From Histomonas meleagridis 2922-C6/04-290x (taxonomy: Eukaryota; Protista; Parabasalia): a stretch of DNA of 64,000 bases. The notes beneath the pieces are model-generated. The model worked only from the letters and a program-made list of their open reading frames with translations. It was not told the DNA's origin and did not search any database. The stretch's first letter is position 1. Each line of letters begins with the position of its first letter. This document shows positions 20,103-31,517 of this stretch, one piece after another. Position numbers and translations under genes: made by a program. Where the stretch lies: contig JAANOX010000048.1 of NCBI GenBank assembly GCA_020184695.1, positions 24,598 to 88,597 on the forward strand. The letters are read 5' to 3'.

Positions 20103-21518
20103 CTATTGAATTTCGACTGTTGTAAAGTTTTCTTCGTTTTGTTCAATGGGGCGGAAGAAATTTTCAAGTATATAAGAAATACGAATTCGAACTTCTTCAT
20201 TAGTTTGTTCTAATATTGTATTTAGTGTTTCAAATAAAACAGATTCTTCTGCAATCTGAATGAAAAATTTATAATCATTTTCAAATGCTTCACAAATTAT
20301 ATCCAAAGTTACAACAAGTTTCCTCAAGGATAAAAGTTCAATAAAATCTAAAATATATCGAAAAATTTCACCTTTAATTTTAAGAGGAACTAAATAACTT
20401 TTCTCCTTATTATTAAAAGAGAAATGTAATAAATGAACGAAGAAATACTCACAACGAATTTTTTGTTCGACATTACTCCTCTCAGCAACATTCAACAAAA
20501 AATACACAATTTCATATTTGTACAAAAACTCAAAATGTTCATCAATTAAAGAATCAAAAAACACAAAAATAGGACGATTTTGTTGTGATGTTAAAATCGG
20601 AACGCATTTTATCGCTAATTTTATAATTTCATCTTTAAGAAACATTTGAATATTATTGTCGTCATAATTAATAATGTTATTAATAATCATAAAGAAATAT
20701 GGAATTGATTCGTTTTCAATAATTGGAATCGATGCGTTAAGTTCATTAATTAAATTATTGATCGATATTTCTTCGATGCATCTGTCATTAAATAGAACAT
20801 ATGAAAGACACTGATATGAAAGCATTTGAATTTGTTTGTTCATATTACATAAGTTTTGTCTATAAAATGGTATTAATGGAATAAAAATTTCGAGCTGTTC
20901 AATTTCATTATCTATTAAAAATTCCGAAATTTCACTTTCGATATGTAAAATACAATAAATGTCTTTGGGTGATTGAGTGCGTGTTGAAATTGTGGATAGT
21001 AATGGAAGAATTTGATTTTGAATGAGAATATAAATAAGTGGCTGCTTATTGGTTTTCGTGGATACTAAATTACTGAAAAAAATAAGAAGCTTTGATTGAA
21101 CTTCTGGTACACTATGAAACATTCCATCCATAAGATTATGGATAAAATCATTATTGAGAAAAAGCGATTCAGAACCAATATCAAGAAAGCTTAAATGGGT
21201 TAAAACTGTAATAAGATTGTTAAGAAAATCGCCGGGAATTTCACAATTGAAAACTGAAAAAATGATTTCTTCAATCCCAAGTTGAATTAAATCAGAAGGA
21301 TCAACAGGAGGATCTAAGGAACTAATAATACCAATTATTTCAAAGCCATCTTGAGTCGATAAAATTAATTCTTTTTCTTCTGGATATTGATCAATTGAAA
21401 TAAAGTCGGATTTGGAGAGTAATTTTCCTTCTTGGTTCATTTTGTCAAAAAAATCCAAGTTACTACCAGTGAGAATTTCACGAATATCTTGTTTGGGTTG
21501 GATTTTGTACTCGCTCAT
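20103..21518 (-). CDS. ARM-repeat (importin-alpha-like fold) hypothetical protein
   Basis: 471-aa acidic helical-repeat ORF (e.g. LIFFSNLV, SYQCLSYV). Confidence 0.55.
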   Translation of the reverse strand: MSEYKIQPKQDIREILTGSNLDFFDKMNQEGKLLSKSDFISIDQYPEEKELILSTQDGFEIIGIISSLDPPVDPSDLIQLGIEEIIFSVFNCEIPGDFLNNLITVLTHLSFLDIGSESLFLNNDFIHNLMDGMFHSVPEVQSKLLIFFSNLVSTKTNKQPLIYILIQNQILPLLSTISTRTQSPKDIYCILHIESEISEFLIDNEIEQLEIFIPLIPFYRQNLCNMNKQIQMLSYQCLSYVLFNDRCIEEISINNLINELNASIPIIENESIPYFFMIINNIINYDDNNIQMFLKDEIIKLAIKCVPILTSQQNRPIFVFFDSLIDEHFEFLYKYEIVYFLLNVAERSNVEQKIRCEYFFVHLLHFSFNNKEKSYLVPLKIKGEIFRYILDFIELLSLRKLVVTLDIICEAFENDYKFFIQIAEESVLFETLNTILEQTNEEVRIRISYILENFFRPIEQNEENFTTVEIQ

Positions 21519-21612
21519 AAAGAACGTTTAAATATTTTTATATATGAACATGTAATAGAACGTTAATTTTATTGATTAATTTGAATATGTTTGTTCGAAT
21601 GGTGGGGATAAA

Positions 21613-22512
21613 ATGTGGTCAGAGTATTCCAATAGTAAAATTCCTTCCCAAGGAATTATAACTTCTATTGCATTTTCATCAAACAGTCGAAGCTTCGCAC
21701 TTGGCCTTAGCAGTGGATGGATATATATTTATCATATGGATCCAAATGAAACATTTCAAAAGAAACCAATTTTTACATGTGCAATAAATTGTATCACTTG
21801 GTCAAGAGATGATAAGTATTTAGTTTTGTGCTCAGAAGATTGCAAAGTTTGTTTAATAAATTCATCAACCTTAAAAATTGTTCGCGAATATTTTGGTTCT
21901 CTTGAAGCTCTTTATGCTTGCGATATTTCAAGGTATAATGATAGAATTGTTGCAGGCGGTCGAGACACAATGATACATCTTTGGTCAACATCTACTTCAG
22001 ATCACATTGATTTTATTTCAGCTCACAGAGAGGTTATTACTTCTATTCATTTCAGTAGTGATGGTCAGTTTATTCTCACGTCTGCTCTTGATGGTCTTTG
22101 TCGAATCTTTAATACTAATAACCTATTACTTCTTCGTACTTATGTCACAAATGGGGGCTTTACAACATATTCAACATTTTGTCCTAGTGAAAAATATATT
22201 TTTGCATCCACAACAGATAATAGTTTAAACTTAATTAGTATTCGAGAAAATCGTGTAATTGCATCATACAAAGGTCACATTGATACAAAGCTTCGTGCTT
22301 CAATTTTTGTACGAAATAGGGAAATGAATGTTGAAGTAATTGTTCCATCAGATGATGGAAGTGTTAAATGTTATAATGCAATTGATGGAAATATCCTTTG
22401 GGATATAAACCTTGGAGAATCTCCCGGATTGATGATTGGAGTATCTCCTGACTCAGAGTTTATTGTAGTAACGAAAAAAAAGAATTTTATAGTATTCAAG
22501 AGAAACGAATGA
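21613..22512 (+). CDS. WD40 protein, WDR5/Swd3-like
   Basis: AHREVITSIHFSSDGQFILTSALDGLCRIF, FCPSEKYIFASTTDNSL and YKGH parallel WDR5 blades. Confidence 0.7.
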   Translation: MWSEYSNSKIPSQGIITSIAFSSNSRSFALGLSSGWIYIYHMDPNETFQKKPIFTCAINCITWSRDDKYLVLCSEDCKVCLINSSTLKIVREYFGSLEALYACDISRYNDRIVAGGRDTMIHLWSTSTSDHIDFISAHREVITSIHFSSDGQFILTSALDGLCRIFNTNNLLLLRTYVTNGGFTTYSTFCPSEKYIFASTTDNSLNLISIRENRVIASYKGHIDTKLRASIFVRNREMNVEVIVPSDDGSVKCYNAIDGNILWDINLGESPGLMIGVSPDSEFIVVTKKKNFIVFKRNE

Positions 22513-22763
22513 AATTAATAGGGATAATTATTTATGTAAATATTATTTTCGAATTTCTTGTGATTATTTTTTTTGACATGATAATTTCAAAAATTTATTC
22601 TTTATACAAGCTTTCTGAATTAAATTTTCTCGACATTGAGATATATTTACGAAGGGGGTAAAAATGGCTCGAACATTTAAGAGTTCACAACATGAAGTAA
22701 TTAAACGTTCATGGTCACTTTTTACATCCTTCACTCAGCAAGCAATCATCAACAAAAAAATAT

Positions 22764-25700
22764 ATGAGTGAAAGAGATGAACTTTGTCGTGATATCAAAT
22801 GCTTGCTTGATGGGTTTCAAATCGAATTTTCTTTGCTTGATCACGAAAAAATAATTGATGCACTTTTATCAATGGAACAAAAATATTCTCCTTATCAAGG
22901 CCATGAGGATATGCTTAATAATTGTCTTGGAATGATGTTTAATTATGGAATTAGAAAATCTATTGATCTTATGAATATGAAAACAGAAAGAAGTTATCCA
23001 ATTGGCAAAAAATTTATGAAAATGATAACAATATTTGTATCTTTTTATAATTCACATGACAAAGATTTATATATAAAATCATTAATAAACATTATAACAG
23101 ACTCATTAGATGAGAAACCAATTAGATTACCATCAATCAATCTTAGAGATGAGAAAAAATTTAGTTCAACTGAAATTTTTTCTCATCTTGGGTCGACAAA
23201 ATTTTTAATTCAAGTTTTAATATCAATACTTTCACAACATATTTTTAATGATGTTTCACTTCTTTTTGTTATCTTTAAATGTCTTCAAAACGAAAATATT
23301 GACATCCAATATTTAGGTTTAAAATGTTTATCACGAATAAATTTTTATTCCACACAAATCAATTTCCAAGAAATCCGAGTTTTAATTGAATGCTTAAAAA
23401 CCAATTTAATCGGAGTCTATGAAGTTTATCCCAAATCGGACAAATTTTGGTCACTTTCATTTAATAATTCCATTCGATATCTTTTTAAATATATCCAAAT
23501 ATTAATTGGTAAAGAATTATTTAGTATAATTTCGGTGATAACATTTATATCAGATTTACCACAAACTACGAAAACAATTTTTCAATTAATTGATCAATTT
23601 TTAACAAATGATAAATCTTCATATGATATGTCAATGACAATATTTAACAAAATATTTCCATTTTTTTATCATTCAGAAGAATTCATTAAGATATGTAAAG
23701 AAATATCATTATATGAACCAAATTTTATAAATAAATTATTAAAATCATATTCAAATGATATAAAATATATAATTTCATTATCGAAAATCATTGATATTGA
23801 ACAAATTCATATATTTAATAATCATTTTAATAACATTGATCCTAATTATATATATCCATTAGTTTCAGCATATAAAAAAGAAAATATGCCGAAACAATTA
23901 AAGATATATATAAAAGAATCAATTATGAATATACCTCCAATGGTTAACTATATAAAACCTTTATTGAGTTTTGCATTTGATGAAATATTATCACAAATTA
24001 TACGTTATCATCCAAGAGATGTATTATATATATTAAAATTAATAAAAGAAATTAAAGAATGGAATCAAATACAAAATTCATTTAAAGAACAAATTATTAG
24101 TTATGCATTAAATAGTGAATCATTAGAGTTAATATCATTTGTAGCATTATATTCATTACAATATAATACTTTTAAAGATATAATTAAAACAAATTCTTCA
24201 ATAATTAATTCATATGAATCGAAAAGTTTCATTCAAGTTTTACCAAAAATTTTTAATGAAAATTATAAAGAATTAATTCCAAATAATTTAATTATCGAAT
24301 TATTTAAGTTATCAAAGTTTAAAGCAATTAATAATATAATACAAAGATCTGAATTTTGGAACATATTTTTAGAACAATATTTCCAAATATTTGAAGAGTT
24401 CGATGATTATTTAGTTGCAAATGCATTGTATTTCTTAAAGAATTATCCAAAATTACGCGAAGTTATAATATTAAATAAGTTTTATGTTGTTCGACGAATA
24501 TTTAATTTAATTAAAGATGATGATAACTTAAAAATTTCAAATAGAAATCGTAAAATTAGATATTGTTCAATGTGTAGAGATCATTTTTTTAAAGATTTAT
24601 TTGGATTAGATCAAATTAAATATTCATTAATACCCGTTTTAATTAGTGAAGGAAACATTAATTTGTTAAATGATTTTTCGAATTTATTACTAAATTTAAA
24701 TCAAAATTTAATACAAAGATTAAAAAGTACTATCGATAACTTAATATCACAAGTTGAAACTCGAATTGATTTCTTAAATTTATTAATGGAATTAAATAAT
24801 AATCTTTCAAATTTATTAAAAATTACGAATAATGATTTATCAAATTTATTAAAGTTTAAAATCGATCAAAAGATAATTTTGACTTTCTTAAATGATTTAC
24901 ATAAGAAAATATTTGATATATTAAAAACAAATTCCGATTTTTTTGAATTTTCTAAAACAACAAATTTTGAGTTTTTAAGTTTATTTAAAGATTTAAATCA
25001 AAAGATTTCAACAGTTTTAAATTTAATATCAGAAAGTTCTATTGAAACCACGACAGAAGAAAATGGTAATAATTATAAACAAATTGATATTATATTACTT
25101 AAATTATTAATCACTACAATAAATGATGCATCAGAATTATCGAAAGTTACAGTGAATGATTTAGTTAGAGATTGTTCATCTGAAATATTTACATATTTAT
25201 TTGGTTATGTACCACGAAATATTGCAACAACTGGAATCATAACATTAAATAAATTAAAAATAAATCCAAATGATTTACATTATGGTCATACATTATTAAA
25301 AGAATCGAAATGTTTAGCAGAAGTATCATCACAAGTATTTTTATTGTTAGGACATCCTTCACGAGAAATTCGAATTCAAGCATTAAAAGGTGTTGGAATT
25401 TTAGGCTCATTACATGAAGCATTAAATATCTTTAAAATAGAATCTGTTCCACCAGAGAAGAAAACACAAGTTTTATATTCTAAATTATGGGAAAAACATT
25501 TTTTAAATACAATTTTGAAATTTTCGATAATTTTAGGTAATAAAAATAAACAAATTTGTTTTAAATTAATGATAGTTAAATCATTATTATTTAGTATTAA
25601 GTCAAATTATTTCGAGAATTTAATTGACATTTTTTTTCCTAAATTAACTTCTTGTATAGATATAGCAATACAATATCCAGAACTAAGAGAAAAATGTTTA

Positions 25701-28700
25701 AAGTTTTGGATAAGTTTTATTCAAGCAATTAAAACTCCAAATACATTAACACGTTTATTTGGTCATATTATATCACAAGTTATACAATTTTATGATTCTT
25801 TTCCTAAACATGTAACAGAAATATTAAAACTTTTAATATTTAATAACGCTAAAATCACTAAAGATTACTTTTATGAGATTGTAAATTTACCATTTTTTTA
25901 TGAGCATTCAGAATTAAATATATTTTTAAATGAATTAAAAAAAGAATCAAGTGAAAAAGATTGGAAACAACAAATTAATCAATTATATTTACAAATCGAA
26001 CAAGCATCGCCATCATTACGTCATTTAATATTAATCCAAATACATATTTTATTAAAACATAATTTAAATGAATTAGAAACCGAATTCTTGAATAAATTAT
26101 TTGATAGTTTATGGAAATTAGTTTTACATGAAACAAATAATTTAAATTTAATACTTTGTGGTCAATGTATGGGATTAATATTAACATTTATTAAAGATTT
26201 AAATCCACCTGAAGAAGAAGTTATAGATAAAAATAATTCAAATCAAATAATTCATAAGTTAATTGTTGATTATCTTGTAAATATTCTTGAAGATTCTTCA
26301 TCAATATCTAATCATGATCATGCTGCTTATGCTATTCAAGAATTATTAAAACTTTTAGGTTGTAATAATGATGATAGTGAAAATTGGAATTTATTTCCTG
26401 ATTCTGTTAAAACAGTTATAAATCCATTTCGAAAATCTGCTTTTATAGCAGAAATGATTCATCCATTAGAAACGGATTATAAACCAATAGCTTTTAATAA
26501 TGGAATTAATTCATTTAATATTTGGTTACCTTCTTTTACTAATGCTTTATTATCTGTTATAGTCACCGATAAAACAAACAAATTTAATAAAATATTTTTA
26601 TGTTGTGATAAAGCTTTAAAAGATTCACAATCAATTAATAAATTTATTTTACCATTTTTAATTGCGAATAATTATACAAATGAATTGTTTTTAAATGCTT
26701 TACATATCGAATGGGAAGCAATTTATAATAAATTAACTTCTAAAGAAAGAAATAATTGGAATTCTGATATTATATTTGCACGAGAAGCTATTTCATTATT
26801 CTTTTCATTATTCAGTTCATTAGCTAAATGGAATATAACGCCTGGTTATAATAAACTAAGAGTTAATTGGTCAACATTAAATATTTCTGATGATTATAAC
26901 TTTGCTATAGCTGCATATGAATGTAAATTATATTATCATTCATTACAACATTTAGAATTATATATCTTCAATAATAAAATTGAAGATCCAACAGAAAACC
27001 CTCAAACAAGAGATTTATTATATTCTATTTATATGCATATTGATCAAGATTCACTTGAAGCATTTCATGAAAGTCAAAATAATCAAAATGTATATAATAA
27101 TGATGAAGATTATTCATCTAAAGAAATCCAAATATTTTTTAATGATAATGATAATACTAATAATAAAATACAATTTGTAAAACAATTAATGAGATCTGGT
27201 CGATATGAAAGAGCTTTATCTGATTCATTATCATTAAAGAAGAAATTTCCTTTTAATGAGAACTTAAATGTTATAATTGTTAATAGTGCTATTCGACTTT
27301 CACGTTGGGATGTTTTATCTAATTTATATGATCATAATCAAGAGAATAATATCATTAATCAAAAACAACATATATCATTTCAAAAGAAATTTGATATTTC
27401 AATCGGAAAATTATTATTACATTTAAAGAATAATAAAATTGATTTATTCCAAAAACAATTACATATTTCACGTGAATGTTTATTCCCAATGTTAAAGAAT
27501 AACTCATCAATTTCTTATGATAAATTAACTTCTATTCTTGCATTATATAAATTACTTGATGAAATTGAAGATTTACAAATATCAAAAACATTACCTAATA
27601 CTTGGAATCAATGGACATCACAAACGTCATTAAACATTGATGTAATTGAACAAATTACTTCAATTCGTTGTTCTTTAATTAGTATTTATGCTGAGAAATC
27701 AAAAGTTAATTCATTAATATCTCAACAATGGTTATTCTTATCTAAAATATCACGTAAAAGTAATTTCTTATTTCAAGCTGAAATGTTTTGTACACGTGCA
27801 ATACAATTCTCAAGTGATGAATTCCAACGATCGATTTGTATCTATGAATTATCGAAAATATTATTTGCGAAACCTAAAAATGGAATTCAAGCGTTATCAT
27901 TATTACAACAAAATGAACAAAAGAATTCGACTAATTCATTATATCCTAAAATATTATATAAACGAGCTAAATATATGATTGATTTAAACACATCTAATTC
28001 TAATGAAATCATTGAAATATTAAATAAAGTTATAGAGAAACAAATCGAATTTAATAATAATTCAGGTAAAGCTTATTTTACATTAGCAAATTTAGCTGAT
28101 CAAAGAGTTATTTCTTATATTCGTTATCTTGAACAAACATCTTCTGATCCTTCATCAATTCATACACGTAATAGAACAAGTTCAACGAAATTTTGGAATT
28201 CTTCTACATTACCTGGATATGTGACTGACTTTTTTAAAGAACAAATTCCTTTAGCATTAAAAAATTATATCGAAGCAATTACACATTCACCACAATATTC
28301 ATATGAAATCATTCCACGAATTTTAGAATTATTTTTTGATATTGGTAAATATTTTACTCCTGATAGTAAATTCGAGTTAATAAATGCACAACAAAAAGAA
28401 ACTGTACTTGAAGCATTAAAACTTTCAATGAAAATGGAAAACCTTAAAAAGGTATCATCAATAGTATGGATTAATTCTATTACCCAATTAATATCTCGTA
28501 TAGAACATCCGGATGTACTTAAAAATGTCCTTTTTAAATTATTACGAATTTGTTGCGAAGATTTCTTACAACAATCGTTATGGCATTTAATGACATTATG
28601 TCAAAGTGAATCTAATACAAGAAGATCACAATTTAATATATTTTGGGAATATGTACAATCTGATTTAGAAGCGAAAATAGGTAATAACGTAACAACTATT

Positions 28701-29942
28701 TATAATACTTTCATGCAAATAACTTCTGAAACTATAAATCTTTGTAAACTTCAAACTACAAATACAAGTCGAACATCCAAAATAATGGATTCTAATAAAG
28801 CATGTCCGAAACTTAAGAATAGTTTCAACCAAGAAACGCCTATTTTAATGCCTCTTTCAACAACTTTAATGTTTGGAATAAGCCGATCAATAAATAAAAC
28901 GACAGAAATATATATAAATGGAATGTCGAACAATGTAAATGTCTTAAATTCATTACAAAAGCCAAAGAAAATCGAATTGATTGGTTCCAATGGTAAAAAT
29001 TATCATTACTTATGTAAGAAAGATGATGACTTACGTAAGGACATGCGAATGATGGAATTTGCGACTTTCATCAACCTAATTTTACGTGGCGATCGTCGAT
29101 CTCGTCAACGTAATTTATCGATAGTTACATATGCAGTCATATGTTTAAATGAACGTTGCGGAATGATCGAATGGGTTGAACATACAACTTGTTTTCGAAG
29201 TGTTGTTGAATCGATATATCATGAATTACATATTCGAGTTGAGCCGGAAACTATAAAAAGATTACAAATGTATGAAAATAATCGGAAAGATCCAAAAGCG
29301 AATTCTAAGAAACAACAATTCTTTAAAGAACAAGTTTTACCAAAACTACCGCCAGTATCACATATATGGTTTTGTACAAACTTTAGAGACGTTTCGAAGT
29401 GGTTTAAGGCACAAATTTTGTACTCAAGATCAACTGCTGTTTGGTCAATGGTTGGACATATTGTTGGTTTAGGAGATCGACATTCCGAAAATATTTTAAT
29501 CAATCAAGAAACTGGCGGATGTGTCCACGTCGATTTTAATTGTATTTTCGATAGAGCAAAAACTTTGCCGGTTCCGGAATGTGTTCCTTTTAGATTGACA
29601 AGAAATATCGTAGATGCAATGGGGGTTTTAGGAACTAATGGAGTGTTTACAGTATCATCTAAAATAGTTTTGGAGGTGCTAAGAGCAAAAAGACAGAAAC
29701 TTGTGTCCGTTCTACAGCCTTTTATACATGATCCTTTGTTGGAATGGAAAAAAGTGAATAAAGAAACAACAGTGGCTACAGCCAAAATGACCCTAAAGGA
29801 AATAGAAAGAAGATTGGCTGGTCTGGCTGATGATAGATCAACCATATTATCTGCTGAAAGCGTGGTAAAGGAATTGATTAAAAAGGCAAAAGACCCGGAT
29901 AATTTGGCGCTTATGTTTACTGGGTGGCAACCATTTTACTAA
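22764..29942 (+). CDS. ATR: PIKK kinase ATR/Mec1
   Basis: HEAT/FAT region, CKKDDDLRKDMRMMEF, YSRSTAVWSMVGHIVGLGDRHSENIL, HVDFNCIFD, VPFRLTRN and FATC end LALMFTGWQPFY. Confidence 0.9.
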   Translation: MSERDELCRDIKCLLDGFQIEFSLLDHEKIIDALLSMEQKYSPYQGHEDMLNNCLGMMFNYGIRKSIDLMNMKTERSYPIGKKFMKMITIFVSFYNSHDKDLYIKSLINIITDSLDEKPIRLPSINLRDEKKFSSTEIFSHLGSTKFLIQVLISILSQHIFNDVSLLFVIFKCLQNENIDIQYLGLKCLSRINFYSTQINFQEIRVLIECLKTNLIGVYEVYPKSDKFWSLSFNNSIRYLFKYIQILIGKELFSIISVITFISDLPQTTKTIFQLIDQFLTNDKSSYDMSMTIFNKIFPFFYHSEEFIKICKEISLYEPNFINKLLKSYSNDIKYIISLSKIIDIEQIHIFNNHFNNIDPNYIYPLVSAYKKENMPKQLKIYIKESIMNIPPMVNYIKPLLSFAFDEILSQIIRYHPRDVLYILKLIKEIKEWNQIQNSFKEQIISYALNSESLELISFVALYSLQYNTFKDIIKTNSSIINSYESKSFIQVLPKIFNENYKELIPNNLIIELFKLSKFKAINNIIQRSEFWNIFLEQYFQIFEEFDDYLVANALYFLKNYPKLREVIILNKFYVVRRIFNLIKDDDNLKISNRNRKIRYCSMCRDHFFKDLFGLDQIKYSLIPVLISEGNINLLNDFSNLLLNLNQNLIQRLKSTIDNLISQVETRIDFLNLLMELNNNLSNLLKITNNDLSNLLKFKIDQKIILTFLNDLHKKIFDILKTNSDFFEFSKTTNFEFLSLFKDLNQKISTVLNLISESSIETTTEENGNNYKQIDIILLKLLITTINDASELSKVTVNDLVRDCSSEIFTYLFGYVPRNIATTGIITLNKLKINPNDLHYGHTLLKESKCLAEVSSQVFLLLGHPSREIRIQALKGVGILGSLHEALNIFKIESVPPEKKTQVLYSKLWEKHFLNTILKFSIILGNKNKQICFKLMIVKSLLFSIKSNYFENLIDIFFPKLTSCIDIAIQYPELREKCLKFWISFIQAIKTPNTLTRLFGHIISQVIQFYDSFPKHVTEILKLLIFNNAKITKDYFYEIVNLPFFYEHSELNIFLNELKKESSEKDWKQQINQLYLQIEQASPSLRHLILIQIHILLKHNLNELETEFLNKLFDSLWKLVLHETNNLNLILCGQCMGLILTFIKDLNPPEEEVIDKNNSNQIIHKLIVDYLVNILEDSSSISNHDHAAYAIQELLKLLGCNNDDSENWNLFPDSVKTVINPFRKSAFIAEMIHPLETDYKPIAFNNGINSFNIWLPSFTNALLSVIVTDKTNKFNKIFLCCDKALKDSQSINKFILPFLIANNYTNELFLNALHIEWEAIYNKLTSKERNNWNSDIIFAREAISLFFSLFSSLAKWNITPGYNKLRVNWSTLNISDDYNFAIAAYECKLYYHSLQHLELYIFNNKIEDPTENPQTRDLLYSIYMHIDQDSLEAFHESQNNQNVYNNDEDYSSKEIQIFFNDNDNTNNKIQFVKQLMRSGRYERALSDSLSLKKKFPFNENLNVIIVNSAIRLSRWDVLSNLYDHNQENNIINQKQHISFQKKFDISIGKLLLHLKNNKIDLFQKQLHISRECLFPMLKNNSSISYDKLTSILALYKLLDEIEDLQISKTLPNTWNQWTSQTSLNIDVIEQITSIRCSLISIYAEKSKVNSLISQQWLFLSKISRKSNFLFQAEMFCTRAIQFSSDEFQRSICIYELSKILFAKPKNGIQALSLLQQNEQKNSTNSLYPKILYKRAKYMIDLNTSNSNEIIEILNKVIEKQIEFNNNSGKAYFTLANLADQRVISYIRYLEQTSSDPSSIHTRNRTSSTKFWNSSTLPGYVTDFFKEQIPLALKNYIEAITHSPQYSYEIIPRILELFFDIGKYFTPDSKFELINAQQKETVLEALKLSMKMENLKKVSSIVWINSITQLISRIEHPDVLKNVLFKLLRICCEDFLQQSLWHLMTLCQSESNTRRSQFNIFWEYVQSDLEAKIGNNVTTIYNTFMQITSETINLCKLQTTNTSRTSKIMDSNKACPKLKNSFNQETPILMPLSTTLMFGISRSINKTTEIYINGMSNNVNVLNSLQKPKKIELIGSNGKNYHYLCKKDDDLRKDMRMMEFATFINLILRGDRRSRQRNLSIVTYAVICLNERCGMIEWVEHTTCFRSVVESIYHELHIRVEPETIKRLQMYENNRKDPKANSKKQQFFKEQVLPKLPPVSHIWFCTNFRDVSKWFKAQILYSRSTAVWSMVGHIVGLGDRHSENILINQETGGCVHVDFNCIFDRAKTLPVPECVPFRLTRNIVDAMGVLGTNGVFTVSSKIVLEVLRAKRQKLVSVLQPFIHDPLLEWKKVNKETTVATAKMTLKEIERRLAGLADDRSTILSAESVVKELIKKAKDPDNLALMFTGWQPFY

Positions 29943-30067
29943 ATAAAAAACTTTGTTTGTAATGAAAATTATTTAAAATTTGGTTTTTGCATCTGTTTGT
30001 TTTGATTAGGGCGACAAAATTATTTTCAATCAATTTTAAATGACATTTTATTTTTTTTAATTTAGAA

Positions 30068-31012
30068 ATGAAAAAAATTGCAGTTCACTCAGAATCTTTT
30101 CACGCTGATGATGCAATATCTGTTTACTTACTTAAACATACAGCAGAATTTAAAGATGCTGAAATTATTAGAACAAGAGATATGAATATCATTAATCAAT
30201 GTGATGCAGCTGCTGATGTTGGTTGTGAATATGATCATGAAAAACGTCGTTACGATCATCATCAGCAAGGTTTTGATGTTAAATTCCCTGGAAGTAATAT
30301 ACGATGTGCTGCTGCTGGTCTTGTATACATTCATTTTGGAAAAGAAGTACTTCAAAATCTTATTCAAAAATTTAATCTTGATGTAGGTAATTATTTTGAC
30401 TTTGTTTATAATGCTATGTATTATAATTTTATTCAAGAAATTGATGCAATTGATAATGGAATTTCAATCGTTGATGAACAAACAGACAAATCCTACAACA
30501 TATCTAGCGATATATCCTCTAGAGTTGCTATATTAAATCCACATTGGAGAACACCAAATCCAAATCCGGATTTACAATTTACAAAAGCAATTCAACTTGT
30601 TGGTGACGAATTTGAAACCTTGCTTAAACATGTTGTTAAACATTGGATAGAAGGCTTTGCAACATTTAAAGAAGCATATGAAAATCGATTTAATTATGAT
30701 AAATCAGGAAAAATTATTTTTCTTCCGAATCAACCTTTTGTTCATTATTTCCTTCGTGAGTTTGGAGATGACTTCGAAGGAGTATTCTTTGTTGCCCAAA
30801 ATAATAAAGGATGTAGTGTCAAATCGATTCCATACTTTAATCAACCTTTTAAATATAGAAAATATCTTCCATTTGCTGGTGAAGACCCGAAAGAAATCGA
30901 AAAGAAAACAAATACTCATGGAGTATTGTTTTCTCATAAGTCAGGATTTCTAATTGTGTATTCAAGTGAAGAAGAAGCACATAAATTTGCTAAGTTCGCA
31001 TTAGAAAACTAG
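30068..31012 (+). CDS. MYG1: MYG1-family (UPF0160) DHH-like exonuclease
   Basis: HSESFHADD, DVGCEYD, YDHHQ, AAGLVYIHFG, IDAIDNGI. Confidence 0.9.
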   Translation: MKKIAVHSESFHADDAISVYLLKHTAEFKDAEIIRTRDMNIINQCDAAADVGCEYDHEKRRYDHHQQGFDVKFPGSNIRCAAAGLVYIHFGKEVLQNLIQKFNLDVGNYFDFVYNAMYYNFIQEIDAIDNGISIVDEQTDKSYNISSDISSRVAILNPHWRTPNPNPDLQFTKAIQLVGDEFETLLKHVVKHWIEGFATFKEAYENRFNYDKSGKIIFLPNQPFVHYFLREFGDDFEGVFFVAQNNKGCSVKSIPYFNQPFKYRKYLPFAGEDPKEIEKKTNTHGVLFSHKSGFLIVYSSEEEAHKFAKFALEN

Positions 31013-31517
31013 TAAAAATTTATTGAGAAATAATAAAACAAGATCTCGATGTATTTTTATAAAAATATTTTTTGTGAAGAATATATTCATAAACGTTTTT
31101 CCAAATTGAAATTTACCGGCGTTTTAATTCATTATCCAGAAAATTTCCATAGAAAATATTATAAACAATTCAAAAATTTCAGTTTGATATGATATATTTA
31201 AAAATTCAATGTATAATTGGCTCGTTGTTGTATTTTCTAATTTTAAAAAATCCAAATTTATTTCTTTATTCGAACCATAATAAATAAAATAATCAAGAAT
31301 AGCTTATAAAATATTTTTTACATCTAAAAACATGATTTAAATCTTGTTTCTACATGAATCACGAAAATGAGATTTTGTTGAATGGATTCATCCATTTTGA
31401 AATGTATTCAAAAAGCTCGTTAGTAGGCCACTTTTGTTTTTGACTCATTGAATTTTCAATATTTTATTTTACGTTTTGATTCTGTTATTAAAAGTTCGTT
31501 ATTAACAAAAGCAAAGG